DNA of 58,074 nt, filler included, from Platydemus manokwari (Eukaryota), in the NCBI GenBank assembly GCA_037951405.1. It is 5 parts of 5 records of this genome, joined end to end, with 100 filler letters (N's around TTAATTAATTAA, not from the genome) between each part and the next. Parts side by side here need not be neighbours in the genome. Positions count along the whole stretch, not along the records: positions 49,268 to 58,074 come from JBBMOY011346983.1; 4 more parts are not named here. The stretch is one strand, 5' to 3'. Positions 54,626 through 58,074 of this stretch are shown here, piece after piece; the first letter of the stretch is position 1, and each line of letters begins with the position of its first letter. A model generated the notes under the pieces. That model was not told the DNA's origin, did not search any database, and saw only the letters and a program-made list of their open reading frames with translations. Made by a program: the position numbers and the translations under genes.

Positions 54626-56000
54626 GTTCGTGTAATTTTTACGTTTTATATTTAACCATTGTAAACCGATTTATATAGTTGTTATTGTAGCTTTGGTGTC
54701 AATAAATATTTTGTAAATAATGTATTTGTTATTTATTTGAGTGAGACTCATAATATTGATAATAGGAGTTTAAAGTTGAGACTGATAGTTTTATTAAAGT
54801 ACACATAGTGTTACACATATAACTTTAATGATATATGTATTTAAAAAGGAGTATATTTAGTATTAACCTGATAATTTAAAGCGTTTTTAAAACAAACATT
54901 TAAGTATAATTTAATTTTGGAATCATAAATATGAAATCAAATTTACAATATTGAATTATGCATGTAAAACTTTAATGTTGTATTTTGCAAGAAAAATGCT
55001 AAAATTCTTTTTAAATTTTTTCAAGAGTTTGATTTTGAATTTAATGTATTGATGGTACTAACATCCACTCTATTATTCTAATGTTCATACAGCTCTAGTC
55101 ATTATGCATTTATCTTCTTTTCATCTTCTGGTGCACTCGATTTAATAACACTTTTATTCGAAAATACTCAAAACAAGAGAAACTAAAATTAATAATAGAG
55201 TAACTCTATAATGATAATCTTGAAAATCATCACTATTCTATTTTTGAAAGTTCATTCGTTGAAATAGTAGTACAATTCCACTCGATGTAGATGAGTGCAT
55301 TATAAGCGATGATGATAAGTTTTATTTTCACAATCATTCTTGATTAGTTGCTGTCCACTTATTGAAACTCATGATCAATGGTTACAATATTAATAATGTT
55401 TGAAAATTGCTTTAAACATTTTGATGTTATAGAAAAAATATAAAAAACATAATAGTTTTGTTTCATAGTAGTTTTTGTGATGGCGTATATGGGAAATGAA
55501 AGTCGAAAGATCAAGTTTTTCTGGTGGGATCAGGAATAAGGTATTCTGCATTAATGTATTATTCTTCGGCATAAATATATAGGCTTCAATTCCAACTTGG
55601 TATTTAAATTCAAACTAGCACCTAGACATTGTGAACAAAACTGTAAGTAACTTTACGTAGGTAAATCGTTCTGTGATAATTTAATGATAAACCTAGAGGC
55701 TTTTGTTAATCAAGAGAAATAGACAATTTTTAAGTATCAATAATCGAGTTTTGCTCCTGTCGTTGAATTTCAGATGTTTTCGAAATTTCAATCTCGTGAT
55801 TTCGATGCATTAGATGAGATTAAATGCAATATGGTGTAATAATGTTTGAGATTATTTGTATTGGAATACATTATTCAATTGGTGCAATATTAATGTGTGA
55901 TAAGTTCTATTTTTAAATCCAAGTAATAAATATCATGGTGAATAAAAAGTTGAGAATCTAAAACTTAGGGGGTATTTCATCAATATTAATTTTTGTTTTA

Positions 56001-56460
56001 AATTAAGAAAACGGGTACGCTGACCTTCTTTCGTAATAATGATAATTTTATAACTTAATTTTATTTATAACTTTGATGTTTGATTTATTCGTATAATTCC
56101 GTTAATATCTCACTTTTTAGAGTGTCTAATGTGGACAAAATCAAGTTTTTAAATAAAGTTCCTATTCTAATCACAACACTTCTATATGATTATTTAAGTT
56201 TTTAAATTTTTTTAAAGTTATCAATCAAGTTAGTTGACTGCAGATATATTTAATAATATCATTGGTTATTTTTATAAAATAATTATAAAAATTGAGAATA
56301 TCTCTCAATTTGCTTCTAATGTTAAAAAGGAGTTCTCACTAATATTAAATAAATTGCAAGACCTACTTCGATCCCTTTTTCAAATAATCAAATTTTAGTA
56401 GGTTTTGAGGCTCTAGTGTGTTTTATTTCAAGTAACTAAAATACTTAAGTACAATATTTC
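56001..56460. mobile_element. Second, truncated copy of the 40459-41065 TIR element
   Basis: Collinear identity with 40464-40950, for example GATAATTTATAACTTAATT, GATGTTTGATTTATTC, GTTAATATCTCA, AATCACAACACT and AAATAATCAAATT. Confidence 0.75.
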
Positions 56461-56859
56461 TCAAACTCTACACGAAAATTGATCAAAAATATATAGAAAT
56501 TTTGTAAGAAATAATATCTGTTTCTAATTGGGCAAAAATTATTGAAAATCTAAACGAATTCATGAAATTTTGAAAGAAAATGAGAGAAAAACATTAAAAA
56601 TCCTAGATAGTTTTAAACACTAAAAAATATTACAAAAAATTTGCCTTTAAAAGTTGTTATATTATTGGACTTCATAAGAAATTTAATGAAAATTCAAGAT
56701 TTTTCAAATCCATAACGAAATTTGTTCAAAAATTTTTAAAAAATTCAAAATATTTTTAAAGTGCTAATATTTATTACATAAACAAGTGATAATTGTGACG
56801 ATTCAAACTAAGTTGTATGCCTACATTACATTGTGGCAAGGCTAACTATCATAGTTTGG

Positions 56860-57100
56860 TTCTTCTAGTTCCACGGCCGGTTATTTTGATTGAATTAATC
56901 GCGAATCTAATCATCCTTGGAGCAGACCAACTCGTTGTCCAAGATATCTTTTTCAATTTTGTTACATACCAGTTTTCTGTTTTGAGATCCAATGTCTTGG
57001 TGATAATCCCACTGGTCTTTCGCAGATTGGATGTTTGCTCGAATACATTTGTATATGATTGCCTCCACCAGATCATTTTTTAAACCTAACTTTCGAAGTA
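56860..57100 (-). mobile_element. Possible 3' end of a restriction-like-endonuclease non-LTR retroelement (R2/NeSL-like)
   Basis: A frame not in the track reads LRKLGLKNDLVEAIIYKCIRANIQSAKDQWDYH, resembling the RLE C-terminal LxxLGI...IxxSxxIWxxH helix. No PD..D core is seen. Confidence 0.25.
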
Positions 57101-58074
57101 TTATGTAATTAAATTAGCACTATTTTTATTTTTAATTAATTAAGTAAGCATTATATTTTTTATTCCAGAATAGCATTTTATTAAACGGAAATATTTGATT
57201 TTGATAAAGAAGTTAGTAATGATAATTTTATAAATCTTAGAGTTTCTTGTGATCGTAATATTTTAAAGATCAATTTTCATTGTAAAGTAATAAATCTAAA
57301 TTTAAATTTAACAAAACAGTGGAAAAAATCTTTCATTAAAATAAGTATCTGTTAGATAATTTAATTCAAATTTTTTTTAAAAAAATATTGTTTCTTGAAA
57401 ACGTTTTCATCCCATAGATTGAATTATTAATAGAAAAATATTTGGAATGATTTTTTGAAATATTTTAGCTTTATATTGCGCACGATTATCTTGGTTTTTT
57501 GTTTGATGAAAATATTTTTTGTAATTTCAGGTTTTGGTGAAAGAATGTAAAATGATTTCTTTTCCTCACAATTTGTTTGGATAATATTTTATAAATTTTC
57601 ATTTTACGTTTTTGAGCTACAGGTAACAATATAAAATAGGAAAATGTACTGCTATTGGAAGCAATATCGAAAATAATGTTTTTACTTTCTGTAAGTTTTA
57701 TAGTTATTATGATCATATGTTAGCAAATACTTAATTTCTTTTCGTTTGATTCTGGCTCAATAAAATAATATAAAATTAATCACAATATGTGGATAAGAAT
57801 ATAACAATCAATTTTCTATAATTTAATCTGACACAATAGTTCCTTTATATTCCATAGTTTGATTAATCGGGACGCAATATTTAAAGTTGTGGAATCTTTA
57901 ATTCGTGAACAAAAGTTCTATAGTTTATCAAAGAATGTTACTAGTGCTTAGAAACCCATTTAATGAAATCCAGAGGTTGTATTTATAATAAGAATTAACC
58001 TATCTTTATCAACTCAACTGAATTTTATGTATGAACAATGTTTATTGCATTAATTAATTTATATAAAAGGATTC

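Noticed and set aside
1-58074. CRISPR arrays, operons or prokaryotic defence systems
   Set aside because: The DNA is eukaryotic with spliceosomal introns, and no regularly spaced repeat-spacer array was seen.

Overview
Very AT-rich eukaryotic (metazoan) genomic DNA with short GT-AG introns of about 46-59 nt. The style suggests a freshwater planarian or similar invertebrate, but this is inference only. The window is five contigs joined by artificial 100-bp spacers (N44-TTAATTAATTAA-N44), so adjacency across those gaps is not reliable. Conserved genes: the 3' end of STRAP/UNRIP (WD40), TCTEX1D2 (dynein light chain) and MRTO4/Mrt4. Less familiar genes: an intronless 544-aa double-RING protein, a long multi-exon orphan gene on the minus strand, a two-exon secreted PAN/Apple-like protein, and the 3' exons of a tandem-PDZ protein that the ORF track misses. 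The rest is decayed mobile DNA: a Polinton/adintovirus-like pPolB plus integrase fossil, Ty3/Gypsy RT, pogo/Tigger, a Buster-type hAT mini-element with TIRs and TSD, MULE/Merlin-like TIR elements, LINE and Penelope-like fragments, and two copies of an LTR-like repeat whose TATA box lies inside a hairpin. No prokaryotic systems, CRISPR arrays, rRNA or intact tRNA were seen.
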